Positions 34,757-43,961 of a stretch of DNA of 64,000 nt are shown piece by piece (the stretch's first letter is position 1; each line of letters begins with the position of its first letter). The notes under the pieces are model-generated. The model made no database searches, was not told the DNA's origin, and saw only the letters and a list, made by a program, of their open reading frames with translations. The DNA is taken from the NCBI GenBank assembly GCA_023383795.1, contig JAHDYJ010000001.1, forward strand, positions 31,266 through 95,265, read 5' to 3'. The stretch is from Burkholderiales bacterium (lineage in GTDB: Bacteria; Pseudomonadota; Gammaproteobacteria; Burkholderiales; SG8-39). The translations under genes were made by a program, and so were the position numbers.

Positions 34757-36580
34757 ATGACGATCGTCTTCGGACTCTATTCGGCCGCGCCCGAGGGACG
34801 CGGCACGAACGTGCTGGCGGCCCTGGAGCGCGAGATCGACGAGAGCTCGGATGCCCGCACGGTGCTGCAGGCGCCCGGCTTCATGCTGCGCCGCTGCGGC
34901 GACGACGGGCCGGCGGCCGCCACGGTGATCGGAACGACCAGCGACGGCGTCCGCGTCGCGGTCGTCGGGCGCCCCGCCGGCCGAGACGCGCTCGCGAGCG
35001 ATATCGCGCAGCTCGCCTGGTCCGCCGTCGTGGACCGCCTCGCCTCGCTCGACGGCTACTGGATCGCGCTCGGATATCACGCGCAGAGCCATCGGCTGGA
35101 GGTGGTGTGCGACCGTCTCGGCGTGGCGTGGCTCTACTGGGCGAGGGTGCCGGGCGGCGTGGCGCTCTCGAGCGACTTCGGTGCGCTCGCCCGCTCGCTG
35201 CCGGCGCAGCCGCGCCTGGACGATACCGCCTGCCTCCTCTCTTTGACCATGACCTACCCGCTCGGAGACGCCACCTGCTTCGAGGCGATCCGGGTCGTCT
35301 CGCCGGGCGAGGTCCTGCAGTTCAGCGGCGATGCGGTCGCCTCGCGCCGCCACGCGACCCAGCCCGCCTACGGCGACCGCTTCGCCGGCGCGCCGCGCGC
35401 CGCCAAGTTCGAGGCGCTCGATGCGATCCTCGACGCGAGCTACCGGATCTGGTCGATGCCGGACGGCGCGCCGCCCTGGGCCGTTGCGCTCTCCGCGGGG
35501 AACGACTCCCGATACGGCCTGGGAGTGCTCCTTCGACACGGGCAGCGCCCGGCGTGCGCGACCTTCGGGCTCCCGGGGAGCCACGACGTGCAAGGCGCAA
35601 CTGCAGTCTGCCGCAGGGAAGGGCTCGCGCACACGCTCTTCACGACGGACCGGCGCACGTCCTGGGATTCCTGGCGCGCCGGCGTGCAGCGGCTCGGTGT
35701 CGTGGCGGGCTACCAGTACGGCGCGGGCTGGGCGCACGACTGGCGGCAGACGCTGGGCGCGCTCGGCGGCCAGGTCGTCCTCGGGTTCCTGGGCGATGCG
35801 CTCTCGGGGAGCCACCTCGTCGACCGCACCGGCGGCGACTGGCTCGCGAACTGGACGGCGTGGAGCCTCGACGCGCGGGACGACGGCTCGTGGCCGGGCG
35901 CCGACATGCTCCGCCCCGAGTGGCGAGGCGCCGTGCGCGAGGTCGTGCGAAACGCGCTCGAGGAGGCGAGCCGCGTGCAGGTCGCCTTCGCGCATCAGAA
36001 GGCGCTGCACCTCGACCTGCTCTCGCGCCAGCGGCGGATCACCGCCTCGCAGATCAACTTCCTGACCGACGCGATTCCGGTCGCGCCGCTGCTCTACACG
36101 TCGGAGATGGTCGAGTTCTGGTCGAACCTGGAATACGCGGACATGCGAGGCCAGGCGCTCTATCTCGCGTACGCGCGCGACCGGTTTCCGCGGCTGTTCG
36201 CGCCGCCCCGGCGCCCGTCGCTCTATCGCCGGGCGCGCGGCGTGCTCGTCAACTTCGTCGTCGGACGCTTTCCGGATCTCAAGCGCCGCCTCGCGCCGCC
36301 GGAGATCGACGTGCGGGCGCTGCAGGCGCAGCACGTCGAACGCTTGCGATCGCTTCTCGACGACTGCGGGGAGGCAATCGATCACATCGTCGACACCGCT
36401 GCGCTCGCGGGCTGGCTCGACCGCTTCGACGCTCGAGAGGGCGTCATCGCGCGGCAGCTCCAGCGCTACTGGAACCTTCTGCTGCTGGTGGAAGCCGGAC
36501 TCCGAGGGCGACGCGAGCGTTCCGCCACGGCGCCCCATCGGCCCGACACCGCGATCGTCGGCCGAGTCGATCTGCCATGA
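34757..36580 (+). CDS. Asparagine-synthase-like protein lacking the N-terminal Cys nucleophile, with a degenerate PP-loop
   Basis: 607 aa. It begins MTIVFGLY (no Cys2) and keeps an AsnB-like layout (..LDGYWIALGY....VCDRLGVAWLYWA..). Its PP-loop-like WAVALSAGNDSRYGLG stands in place of SGGxDSS. Confidence 0.6.
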   Translation: MTIVFGLYSAAPEGRGTNVLAALEREIDESSDARTVLQAPGFMLRRCGDDGPAAATVIGTTSDGVRVAVVGRPAGRDALASDIAQLAWSAVVDRLASLDGYWIALGYHAQSHRLEVVCDRLGVAWLYWARVPGGVALSSDFGALARSLPAQPRLDDTACLLSLTMTYPLGDATCFEAIRVVSPGEVLQFSGDAVASRRHATQPAYGDRFAGAPRAAKFEALDAILDASYRIWSMPDGAPPWAVALSAGNDSRYGLGVLLRHGQRPACATFGLPGSHDVQGATAVCRREGLAHTLFTTDRRTSWDSWRAGVQRLGVVAGYQYGAGWAHDWRQTLGALGGQVVLGFLGDALSGSHLVDRTGGDWLANWTAWSLDARDDGSWPGADMLRPEWRGAVREVVRNALEEASRVQVAFAHQKALHLDLLSRQRRITASQINFLTDAIPVAPLLYTSEMVEFWSNLEYADMRGQALYLAYARDRFPRLFAPPRRPSLYRRARGVLVNFVVGRFPDLKRRLAPPEIDVRALQAQHVERLRSLLDDCGEAIDHIVDTAALAGWLDRFDAREGVIARQLQRYWNLLLLVEAGLRGRRERSATAPHRPDTAIVGRVDLP

Positions 36581-37305
36581 GACCGGATTTCGAGACCGCC
36601 TGGCGCCGCCGCTTCGAGACGTTCGGCCGCGAGCACGAGGACGACGCCGGCATCGCCGGCTGGAGCGAGGCCGGCCTGCAGGCGAGGTTCCGGAACTTCG
36701 CGCGTTCCTGGCGCCCGGCCGCCGCCGGCGCGTTCTGGCTCGACGCCGGATGCGGCGCGGGAACCTACGCGCGAACGCTGGCCTCGTCGGGGCAACACGT
36801 GCTCGCGCTCGACTATTCGCTGCCCTCGCTCGTCAAGGCTCGTTCGCGAGCGCAAGAGCAGCCGCTTCTCTGGGTTGCGGGCGACGTCACCGCGCTTCCA
36901 CTGCGGTCGGACTCCTTCGATGGTGTCGTCTGCTTCGGCGTCCTGCAGTCGCTGTCCGGGCCCGAACGAGCGATCTCCGAGCTTGCGCGGGTCCTGCGCC
37001 CGGATGGCGAGCTCTGGGTCGACGCGCTCAACGCACGCTGCCTGCCGAACCTGTTCGGCCGCTGGCGCGCCAAGGCGCGCGGACAAGAAACCCGCCTCCG
37101 GTACGACACGGTCGGGATCCTCAAGCGCGCCCTTCGCGAGGGCGGATTCCGGTCGGTGCGCATTTCGTGGGTGCCGATCCTGCCCGAGCGCCTCCGCTTC
37201 GCGCAGGCGCTGCTGGAATCGCGCGTCGTTCGCTGGTTGCTCGGGGCCCTGCCGTGGCTGGGGAGCGCCGTGAGCCACGCGTACGTGCTCACGGCCCGGC
37301 GATAG
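36577..37305 (+). CDS. Class I SAM-dependent methyltransferase
   Basis: ATG 36577 overlaps the upstream TGA (ATGA). Motif I WLDAGCGAGTYARTLA, plus DGVVCFGVLQSL and LRPDGELWV. Confidence 0.85.
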   Translation: MRPDFETAWRRRFETFGREHEDDAGIAGWSEAGLQARFRNFARSWRPAAAGAFWLDAGCGAGTYARTLASSGQHVLALDYSLPSLVKARSRAQEQPLLWVAGDVTALPLRSDSFDGVVCFGVLQSLSGPERAISELARVLRPDGELWVDALNARCLPNLFGRWRAKARGQETRLRYDTVGILKRALREGGFRSVRISWVPILPERLRFAQALLESRVVRWLLGALPWLGSAVSHAYVLTARR

Positions 37306-37342
37306 AACACCCAACTCGACGACATCCGCCTGCACTCCTCTC

Positions 37343-38533
37343 ATGCCCTGGATAAAGCGACTCGCTCGTGCGACCCGCGATCTCATCGGCCGCACGGGAC
37401 CGCCACGAGCGCCAGAACAGCATCTCGACGCCGCGATGGCGTGGCTCTGCCGTGCCCAGGACGCCACGCCGGACGACGGCGTTTCACGGAGCTATACGCT
37501 GCGGCACATGAAGAGCCATGGACGAGCGGGATGGCTCGCCTCGTATCCCGAGACCACCGGCTACATCATCCCGACCTTTCTCGCCTATGCGTCGCTGACC
37601 GGAAAGCGCGAGTGCCGCGACCGCGCCATCCGGATGGCGCGGTGGGAAGCGGAGATCCAGATGGAGAACGGCGCGGTGCAGGGCGGCGTGATCGGCTTCC
37701 CGCCAACGCCGGCGATCTTCAACACCGGGCAGGTGCTGTTCGGCTGGGCCGCGGCCTACCGGGAAACGGGCGACGAGGCGTTCCTGCGCTCGGCCCGGCG
37801 CGGCGCGGATTTCCTCGTCGCGGCGATGGACGAGGACGGCGCGTGGCGACGCCACGGCTCGCGTTACGCCAGGGCTGGAGTAAACGTGTACGACGCGCGC
37901 ACGGCGTGGGGTCTGCTAGAGGCGCACGCGGTCACCGGCGATGCTGCATACCGGCAAGCGGTCGTGCGCAACCTCGAGTTCGTCCTGACGAAGCAGCGGC
38001 CGAACGGCTGGTTCGAGGAGTGCTGCCTGGACGACAACGATCGGCCCCTGCTGCACACGATCGCCTACACGATGGAAGGGCTGCTCGAAGCGGGCCTCAC
38101 GCTCGGCGACGAGCGCTTCACTGCGGCCGCACGGCGCACAGCGGAGGCGCTTCTCGACCGCCAGCGCACCGACGGCAGCCTCGCGGGCCGGTTCGACGCC
38201 GCGTGGAACGGGTCCGCGCGCTGGAGTTGCCTCACGGGCGACGCACAGACCGCGATCGTCTGGCTCAGGCTGCACGAGGCGACCGGCGACGAGCGCTACC
38301 TACGCGCCGCCGAGCGGATGAACCGCTATCTCTCGATCACCCAGGATCTGGAAGCCGCCGATCCCGGCGTTCGCGGCGGCATCAAGGGATCGCATCCCAT
38401 CTGGGCGGAGTACGGCAGGTACGAGTACCTGAACTGGGCCGCGAAGTTCTTCGCGGACGCTCTCATGCTCGAGATCCGCGCGAAGCGCGGAACAAGAAGC
38501 GTGGAGACCCCCTCGGAGAGTACAGTGTCCTAG
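37343..38533 (+). CDS. Cytoplasmic alpha/alpha-toroid protein (prenyltransferase/squalene-cyclase-like repeats); function unknown
   Basis: 396 aa with no signal peptide. Four roughly 55-aa-spaced QW-like repeats: QMENGAVQGG, MDEDGAWRRH, KQRPNGWFEE, RQRTDGSLAG. Confidence 0.6.
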   Translation: MPWIKRLARATRDLIGRTGPPRAPEQHLDAAMAWLCRAQDATPDDGVSRSYTLRHMKSHGRAGWLASYPETTGYIIPTFLAYASLTGKRECRDRAIRMARWEAEIQMENGAVQGGVIGFPPTPAIFNTGQVLFGWAAAYRETGDEAFLRSARRGADFLVAAMDEDGAWRRHGSRYARAGVNVYDARTAWGLLEAHAVTGDAAYRQAVVRNLEFVLTKQRPNGWFEECCLDDNDRPLLHTIAYTMEGLLEAGLTLGDERFTAAARRTAEALLDRQRTDGSLAGRFDAAWNGSARWSCLTGDAQTAIVWLRLHEATGDERYLRAAERMNRYLSITQDLEAADPGVRGGIKGSHPIWAEYGRYEYLNWAAKFFADALMLEIRAKRGTRSVETPSESTVS

Positions 38534-38564
38534 ATCGGACCGCCCGAGCGGAGGAGAACGGCAG

Positions 38565-40925
38565 GTGAGCAGGGTCTCGAGGCGTCGCAGGCAGGTCGTG
38601 CTCGGAGCTTCGGGCGTGGCGGCGTTGGCTCTCGCCCCACGTGTCCGCCTGGCGCGGGCCGGCGCGGTCGAGAGCGCCACCGGGCGCGCAATCCTGCGCT
38701 GGGCCCGGGAAAGATTCGCGTTGCCCGGAAGCGCCTCCGATGCGAATCCCGCAATTCCCGTCACTTCCAAGCACTGTCGCTGGGTGCTTTGCCCGGACGA
38801 CGGGAAGTTCTACATCTTCGGCGGCGACTACCCGTCGCGCTGGCAACCGCTCCAGTCGGGCCAGAATGCGTTGCTGACCTACGACCCCAGAACGCGGGCC
38901 TGGGAGCAGGCCTATCCGTTCTGGGGCAAGGCCGGGCAACACTATCCGGTGCACATGGACGAGGTTGCCGTGTGCTGGGATTCGAAGCGCAAGCTGTTCT
39001 GGTTCACGTCCGGGTATCAAGGCGGGATCACCGGAGACGAGGCGACCAGATACACCGGCATCCCGACCTCCGGCATCGTGCAGGCGTTCGATCCGCGCAA
39101 GCGGGACTGGCTGACCCCATTCGGCCCCGACAAGGCCCAGGTGCACGTCGCTCTCGGCGGGGGACAGCACAACCGTTCGGTGTACGACGTCGCGCGCGAT
39201 CTGATCCTCGCGGCCTACTACGACGGAAGCTTCGGCACCGGCTTGATGGAGTTCGATCCGAGCACCGGGGAGTACAAGCGCAACCGCGTCCAAGGGCTCG
39301 GGAACTGGCATCCCACAGCAGGCGAGACCATCCACCTCCTCGACAGCAAGCTCTACTGCGTCGGCGGTCTCGCGGGGGTCACGCGCGACATCGCGGAGAT
39401 CGACACGCGCACCTATCGGGGGCGCGTCCTCGCCAGCCTTCCGGCGGCCACCTACCCGGACCAGGACTTCTCCCACCTTCCGGAGATCGACGCCTTCCTG
39501 ATCTGGACCGAGGAGCCCAAGGCCTACCTCGTCGACAGGAAGACCGGGGCCATCAGCGACGGTCCGCCGAACCCGCTCCTGCGCGACGGCGCCGGCTACC
39601 GGCCGCAGCACAACAACCGCCATCCGAGCGGCGTCATCGTCATCGGATGGAGCGCGAGCGACAAGGTCCATGGGAGACAGCTCTCGGAGTACTGGCACTA
39701 CACGCTGAGATCCGACTCCGCGTGGATTCCGGCGAGCGGCAACGCGAAAGCGCTCACCGAGGACGCGAGCGGCGCGGCGGTCAATCTCCTGGCGAGCGTC
39801 GCCGCGCCAAGAGGTCCGCATAGCGGGATAGTCGGAGTGGCGGCCGTGACCTTGGCGTGGGGGAGCGGCGCCTACGCCCGCGACTACTCGAGCTACGGCG
39901 CGCTACTCCTCAACAACGGCGGGGACGGGGACTACTACGGAACCGAGGTGTACGCGTTCGACTTCGACGCGAGAAGATGGGCACGGCTGAGCGACCCCTC
40001 GGCCGCGATGAGCGGGGACAAGACGCGCGACCATCTCCGGGACCCGATGGACCCTCTGTATTTCAATCAAGAAGAGTGCGAGCACGGTCCCGCGGTGGCG
40101 GAGTACGGCGCGGGGCCGCTGCCCGCGGGTACGACGCCGGGCGTGCCGCACAACTACGACGGCACCCTCTGGCTGCCCGGCAGCGTGGTCGGCAACAAGC
40201 GCGGCGCGTTCGTGCGGCCGCACAGCACCGCTGTCTATGGTGCACGATCGACCGGCCGTGCGCACTACTTCGATCTCGATACGAAGACCTGGGGCCGGTT
40301 CAGCGCGAATCGCGCGATGCTGCCCTCCAGCCGCATTCCGATCCACGGGTACGACGAGAAGGAACAACGCGTTTGGCACGACCTCGGCTATCTCGATCTC
40401 CGGATGAGGCGACACGTGGCCAAGCCCTGGGCGGGCACGCTTCCGAATCAATCGTCCGCGTGCTTCGACCCCGTCCGCCGGCTCTTCCTCGGCCTGACGG
40501 CCAGCACGACGCCGGACCCGGCTCCAGGGGAAATGTGGGCGATCGCAGTGGACAGCTCGACGACCCGTGCAGGCCTCAACCTGCAAGCCGTCTCCGGCAG
40601 GAGATGGACGCGCGGGAACGCGTTTCACGCCGGGCTCGCATACGTGCCCGATCTCGACTGCTATTACTTCTACAGCCAGGGAAGCCGGCTGATGGGCTTC
40701 CAGCCGCAGAAGATCTGGAAGATCCAGCCACCCGCCAGCAGCCCGCTCACTAATCCCTGGCTCGTGACCGAGATCACGATGCACGGCGATACGGTCGTTG
40801 CGGACACCCGCGGATTCGCGACCTACAAACGCATCCAGTGGGTAGCGCCGCTCAAGTGCCTCGCGATTTACAACGGGCCCATCGATACCGGGTTCGTGTA
40901 CTTGTACAGGCCGGATGGACTGTAG
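38565..40925 (+). CDS. Large secreted Kelch/beta-propeller-like protein with twin-arginine (Tat) signal; function unknown
   Basis: GTG 38565 with SD GGAGGAG at 38550-38556. N-terminus MSRVSRRRRQVVLGASGVAALALAPRVRLARA. Kelch-like strands include GKFYIFGGD, SKLYCVGG and LLLNNGGDGDYYG. Residue composition is diverse throughout. Confidence 0.8.
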   Translation: MSRVSRRRRQVVLGASGVAALALAPRVRLARAGAVESATGRAILRWARERFALPGSASDANPAIPVTSKHCRWVLCPDDGKFYIFGGDYPSRWQPLQSGQNALLTYDPRTRAWEQAYPFWGKAGQHYPVHMDEVAVCWDSKRKLFWFTSGYQGGITGDEATRYTGIPTSGIVQAFDPRKRDWLTPFGPDKAQVHVALGGGQHNRSVYDVARDLILAAYYDGSFGTGLMEFDPSTGEYKRNRVQGLGNWHPTAGETIHLLDSKLYCVGGLAGVTRDIAEIDTRTYRGRVLASLPAATYPDQDFSHLPEIDAFLIWTEEPKAYLVDRKTGAISDGPPNPLLRDGAGYRPQHNNRHPSGVIVIGWSASDKVHGRQLSEYWHYTLRSDSAWIPASGNAKALTEDASGAAVNLLASVAAPRGPHSGIVGVAAVTLAWGSGAYARDYSSYGALLLNNGGDGDYYGTEVYAFDFDARRWARLSDPSAAMSGDKTRDHLRDPMDPLYFNQEECEHGPAVAEYGAGPLPAGTTPGVPHNYDGTLWLPGSVVGNKRGAFVRPHSTAVYGARSTGRAHYFDLDTKTWGRFSANRAMLPSSRIPIHGYDEKEQRVWHDLGYLDLRMRRHVAKPWAGTLPNQSSACFDPVRRLFLGLTASTTPDPAPGEMWAIAVDSSTTRAGLNLQAVSGRRWTRGNAFHAGLAYVPDLDCYYFYSQGSRLMGFQPQKIWKIQPPASSPLTNPWLVTEITMHGDTVVADTRGFATYKRIQWVAPLKCLAIYNGPIDTGFVYLYRPDGL

Positions 40926-40939
40926 GCACTTCGAGTCGC

Positions 40940-42467
40940 CTACGACGGCAACGTATAACGGTCCATCGCCCTCGCCACCGCCCACGGGAAGAGTGCGCTG
41001 CGCAGGCGCGTAGGTCCGTATCCCAGCTCGAGCAGCGAAGGAAGCCGCCACAGTCCTGGCATCCGCTTCATCCACGCGGCCGTTCCTTCCGTCGCGCGGA
41101 TCACGAACCGATCGAGCTCGAGGTTGCGCCACCGGCGGGAGCGCGCCCCGGCGCAGCCAGGCGCCTCGGTTCTCGGCAAGCCAACGAAGGTAGTCCGCCA
41201 GCGCCGCCGGGGTGAGGAAAGCCGGGTCGTCATGCAGCATGACGGATGCGGCGAGCTTGCGCGTGCCGAAGCGCTCACGCGGTACGCCGGCGCTCTCGAC
41301 GATGCGACGGCAGATCGGACGACTGTAGTCCCCCGGCACGTCCCAGGGCGCCATCTCGGCCGAGTGGGTGATCGCGTGCACATCCGCGATCTGACGCACC
41401 CCCCAGAACGCCACCGGGCAATGGAGGAAACCGGTCCAAAGGCGGTACTCGCCAAGCGCACTGCCGGAGGGATCGCCGCGCACGATGTCGGGGCTCAGGT
41501 CGTACGCCTGCTTTGCCCACATCTTGTCGCCGTGGTAGCCCGTGAGCAGAACGCGATCGGCGAGATGTTGCTCCGCGGTCTTGAACCGCACCTCCTCGCC
41601 CATGCCGTTGACGGCCAAAAACGGAACCTCGGGCATCTCGAGCGCGCGCCAACCGTCGAGCGGCACGACGACCGGGCGCAGGCCGAGCACCCGTGCGTTC
41701 TCCGCCCCGCTGTCGATTTCACCGCAGCGCTCGCGCAGCGCGCGCTCGCGGTCGCGTTCGGGCCAGGCGCGATCGAAGCAGAGAACCTCCTCGCAGCCCG
41801 CGTTGCGCGCCAGGGTGGCGACCGTCGAGGAGTCATAGCCCGTCGACAGCGTGCCGAGCATCCGGTAGCGCCGCGCTCTCGATTCCGCGGCGAGATTCTC
41901 CGCAAGCCCGTCGAGGCTCCCCGCGAGGAACGCACGGTACTTGGCGAAGCTGGAGAAATCGCGCAGGGTACGCGGCTTCGGCTCGCGCGATAGCGCCATC
42001 GCGTCCCAGGCGAGATTGTCGAAGTAGACAAGCTCGAGCGGGCCTGCAGAGGTGCGCAGCGTGCGCACGTAGCGCTCGAGTCCGCGCACCACGCTCGACA
42101 GGTCGCGGTAGTAATGCGGGTAGCTCGGATCGAGGCTTGCCCCCGAAGCTGCGAGCACGCAGGGCAGGGAGTTCGAGACCCACGTCGTTTTCGCGTCGTT
42201 CAGGGCATGAAGCCGGTCCACCGTGGAGCCCGCCGAAACGAAGACCACCTTGCCCTCGCGGAACCGCCCCCCGCTCCCCGCTACGAGATCGGTCCGGTCG
42301 AACGCCCCGGCCGCATGGTCGCCGGGCCATGCCACCTCGCCGAACCAGTCGTCCGTGGCCTCGACGTCGCGGCCGTGAAATACCTGCGGGACCAGCGCGC
42401 CGCGTCTGCAAGCCGCGAGCCACGCTAGCGGCGGCCAGTCACGCATCAGCGTGTAGCCGAATCGCAC
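40940..42467 (-). pseudogene. PP-loop / asparagine-synthase-like protein, apparently frameshifted near 41125-41165
   Basis: Frame A (from ATG 42467) is protein-like up to ..ADYLRWLAENRGAWLRRG, with PP-loop-like LGTLSTGYDSSTVATLA. It then runs Arg/Ala/Gly/Val-rich, antisense through the Kelch gene, to 39903. A second frame reads RRWRNLELDRFVIRATEGTAAWMKRMPGLWRLPSLLELGYGPTRLRSALFPWAVARAMDRYTLPS* and stops at 40940, 14 bp from the Kelch stop. Confidence 0.6.
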
Positions 42468-43952
42468 CTATCGGCCTCCGCCAGGGCGCCCAAGAACCCT
42501 GCGGACCTGTCCCAGGAAGAAGCGCTCCGCACCATCGGGGTATCCCGCCACCCGCCAGGCGAGGAGCGATGCGGCGCAGTACGTCACTACCCCCACGAGC
42601 ACTTTTGCGATCAGGACAACGAGTGCGGCGCCACCGAGGTGAGGCACTGCGATTACTGCGACCGCCATCACTGCAGATGCGGCCATCGGACGCCAGAGGC
42701 GAGCTGCCAGACCCCGGGTCGTGACCGCGCTGACGCGAGTGACCGCCGCGAAGACGAAGATCATCAAGACCACCGCCGCAGCAAGTCTGCCGATCGCCAC
42801 GCCCTCCACCCCGTGCGTGCCGACGAGGGGGAGCGCAATCCCGACCAGCAGAACCGCACTGACCCAGGAGCAGGCGGCCGCCACACCCGGTCGCCCAATT
42901 CCAAGGAAGAGACTCACCGACAACGACTGGCCAGTGCTGACGGCGTTACAGAGCGCCAGAAACACGAGCAGGACGGCGGCATCCACCCACTGCGCTCCGA
43001 GAAGCACGGGAACGAGCTCCTGCGCAACGAGCGCAAGGCCAACGGCAGACGGTACTGTTACTGCGGCCACTGTGCCCAGCACGTTGAGATAGGCCGCTGC
43101 GAGGCGACCCGCCTCGTCCTGGATCTTGGCAAAGCCCGGCACGAGCGCCTGGTTGAGCGGTGCGGCGATCTCGCTCCCAGGCAGCCGGGCGATCTCGGCC
43201 GAGATCGTGTACAGCCCCATCTGGCGCGTCGAACCGAGCCCGCCGACGATCACCTCGTCCGCGCGCATCTCGGCGAAGTGGCCGATGCTGCGCACCAGCA
43301 TCCACTGCGAGTAGGACCACAGCTCGCGGATGCGCGCGAGCGAGAAGCGCGGTCGGTAGGGATGCAGCGCGTAGCTCAGCGCGCAGGCCACCGCGTAGCT
43401 CGCGGCCGTGCCGATCACCAGCGCCCAGTAGCTGCGAAGCCATAGGGCCGCGCCGACGGTGACGACGAAGCCGAGCACCTTGCCGGTAACCTGCAGGCGG
43501 AACTCCTTGTGAAACTGGAGCTCCTTCCTGAACGCCACGGTACCGATGTTGGCGAAGCCGCCGACCACGATCGCCGGGCAGAGCACCCAGAGCACCAGTG
43601 TGACACGCGGCTCGTCGAAGTAGTCGGCGGCGAACGGCGCGCCGGCCGCGATGGCAGCGGCGACCACCACGCTCTGGATGATGCGCAGCGTCCACGCGGT
43701 GTCGTAGTGCTCGCGCGTCGCGGCCTGGTTCTGGATCAAGGCCAGGGCCACGCCGAACGAGAGCCACGCCTCCACGAAGGCGACGACGAGCATCGCCATC
43801 GCCACCAGGCCGAAATCGGCCGGCGCGAGAAGCCGCGCAAGGATCACGGTGCTCACGAGCCCGAGCAGGCGCATCGCCCACCGCAGCGCGACGGACCATG
43901 CCGCGCCCTTCAGGACGGCGGTCCGCAGATCGGGCGTCGGGTGCTCGTCCAT
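42468..43952 (-). CDS. Wzx-type polysaccharide flippase (MOP superfamily)
   Basis: 494 aa, about 12-14 hydrophobic helices. N-terminal LKGAAWSVALRWAMRLLGLVSTVILARLLAPADFGLVAM is the typical Polysacc_synt signature. Its stop directly abuts the next start at 42467. Confidence 0.88.
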   Translation of the reverse strand: MDEHPTPDLRTAVLKGAAWSVALRWAMRLLGLVSTVILARLLAPADFGLVAMAMLVVAFVEAWLSFGVALALIQNQAATREHYDTAWTLRIIQSVVVAAAIAAGAPFAADYFDEPRVTLVLWVLCPAIVVGGFANIGTVAFRKELQFHKEFRLQVTGKVLGFVVTVGAALWLRSYWALVIGTAASYAVACALSYALHPYRPRFSLARIRELWSYSQWMLVRSIGHFAEMRADEVIVGGLGSTRQMGLYTISAEIARLPGSEIAAPLNQALVPGFAKIQDEAGRLAAAYLNVLGTVAAVTVPSAVGLALVAQELVPVLLGAQWVDAAVLLVFLALCNAVSTGQSLSVSLFLGIGRPGVAAACSWVSAVLLVGIALPLVGTHGVEGVAIGRLAAAVVLMIFVFAAVTRVSAVTTRGLAARLWRPMAASAVMAVAVIAVPHLGGAALVVLIAKVLVGVVTYCAASLLAWRVAGYPDGAERFFLGQVRRVLGRPGGGR

Positions 43953-43961
43953 CGCCGGGGG

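Noticed and set aside
39903-40939. The C-terminal ~345 codons of ORF 39903..42467, taken as genuine coding sequence.
   Set aside because: They are antisense to the compositionally normal Kelch CDS and are Arg/Ala/Gly/Val-rich. A frameshifted ending at 40940 explains the data better (see findings).
40923-40942. Small inverted repeat TAGGC..GCCTA formed by the two convergent stop codons, considered as a bidirectional terminator.
   Set aside because: It has a 5-bp stem, no U-tract on either strand, and is too weak to call.
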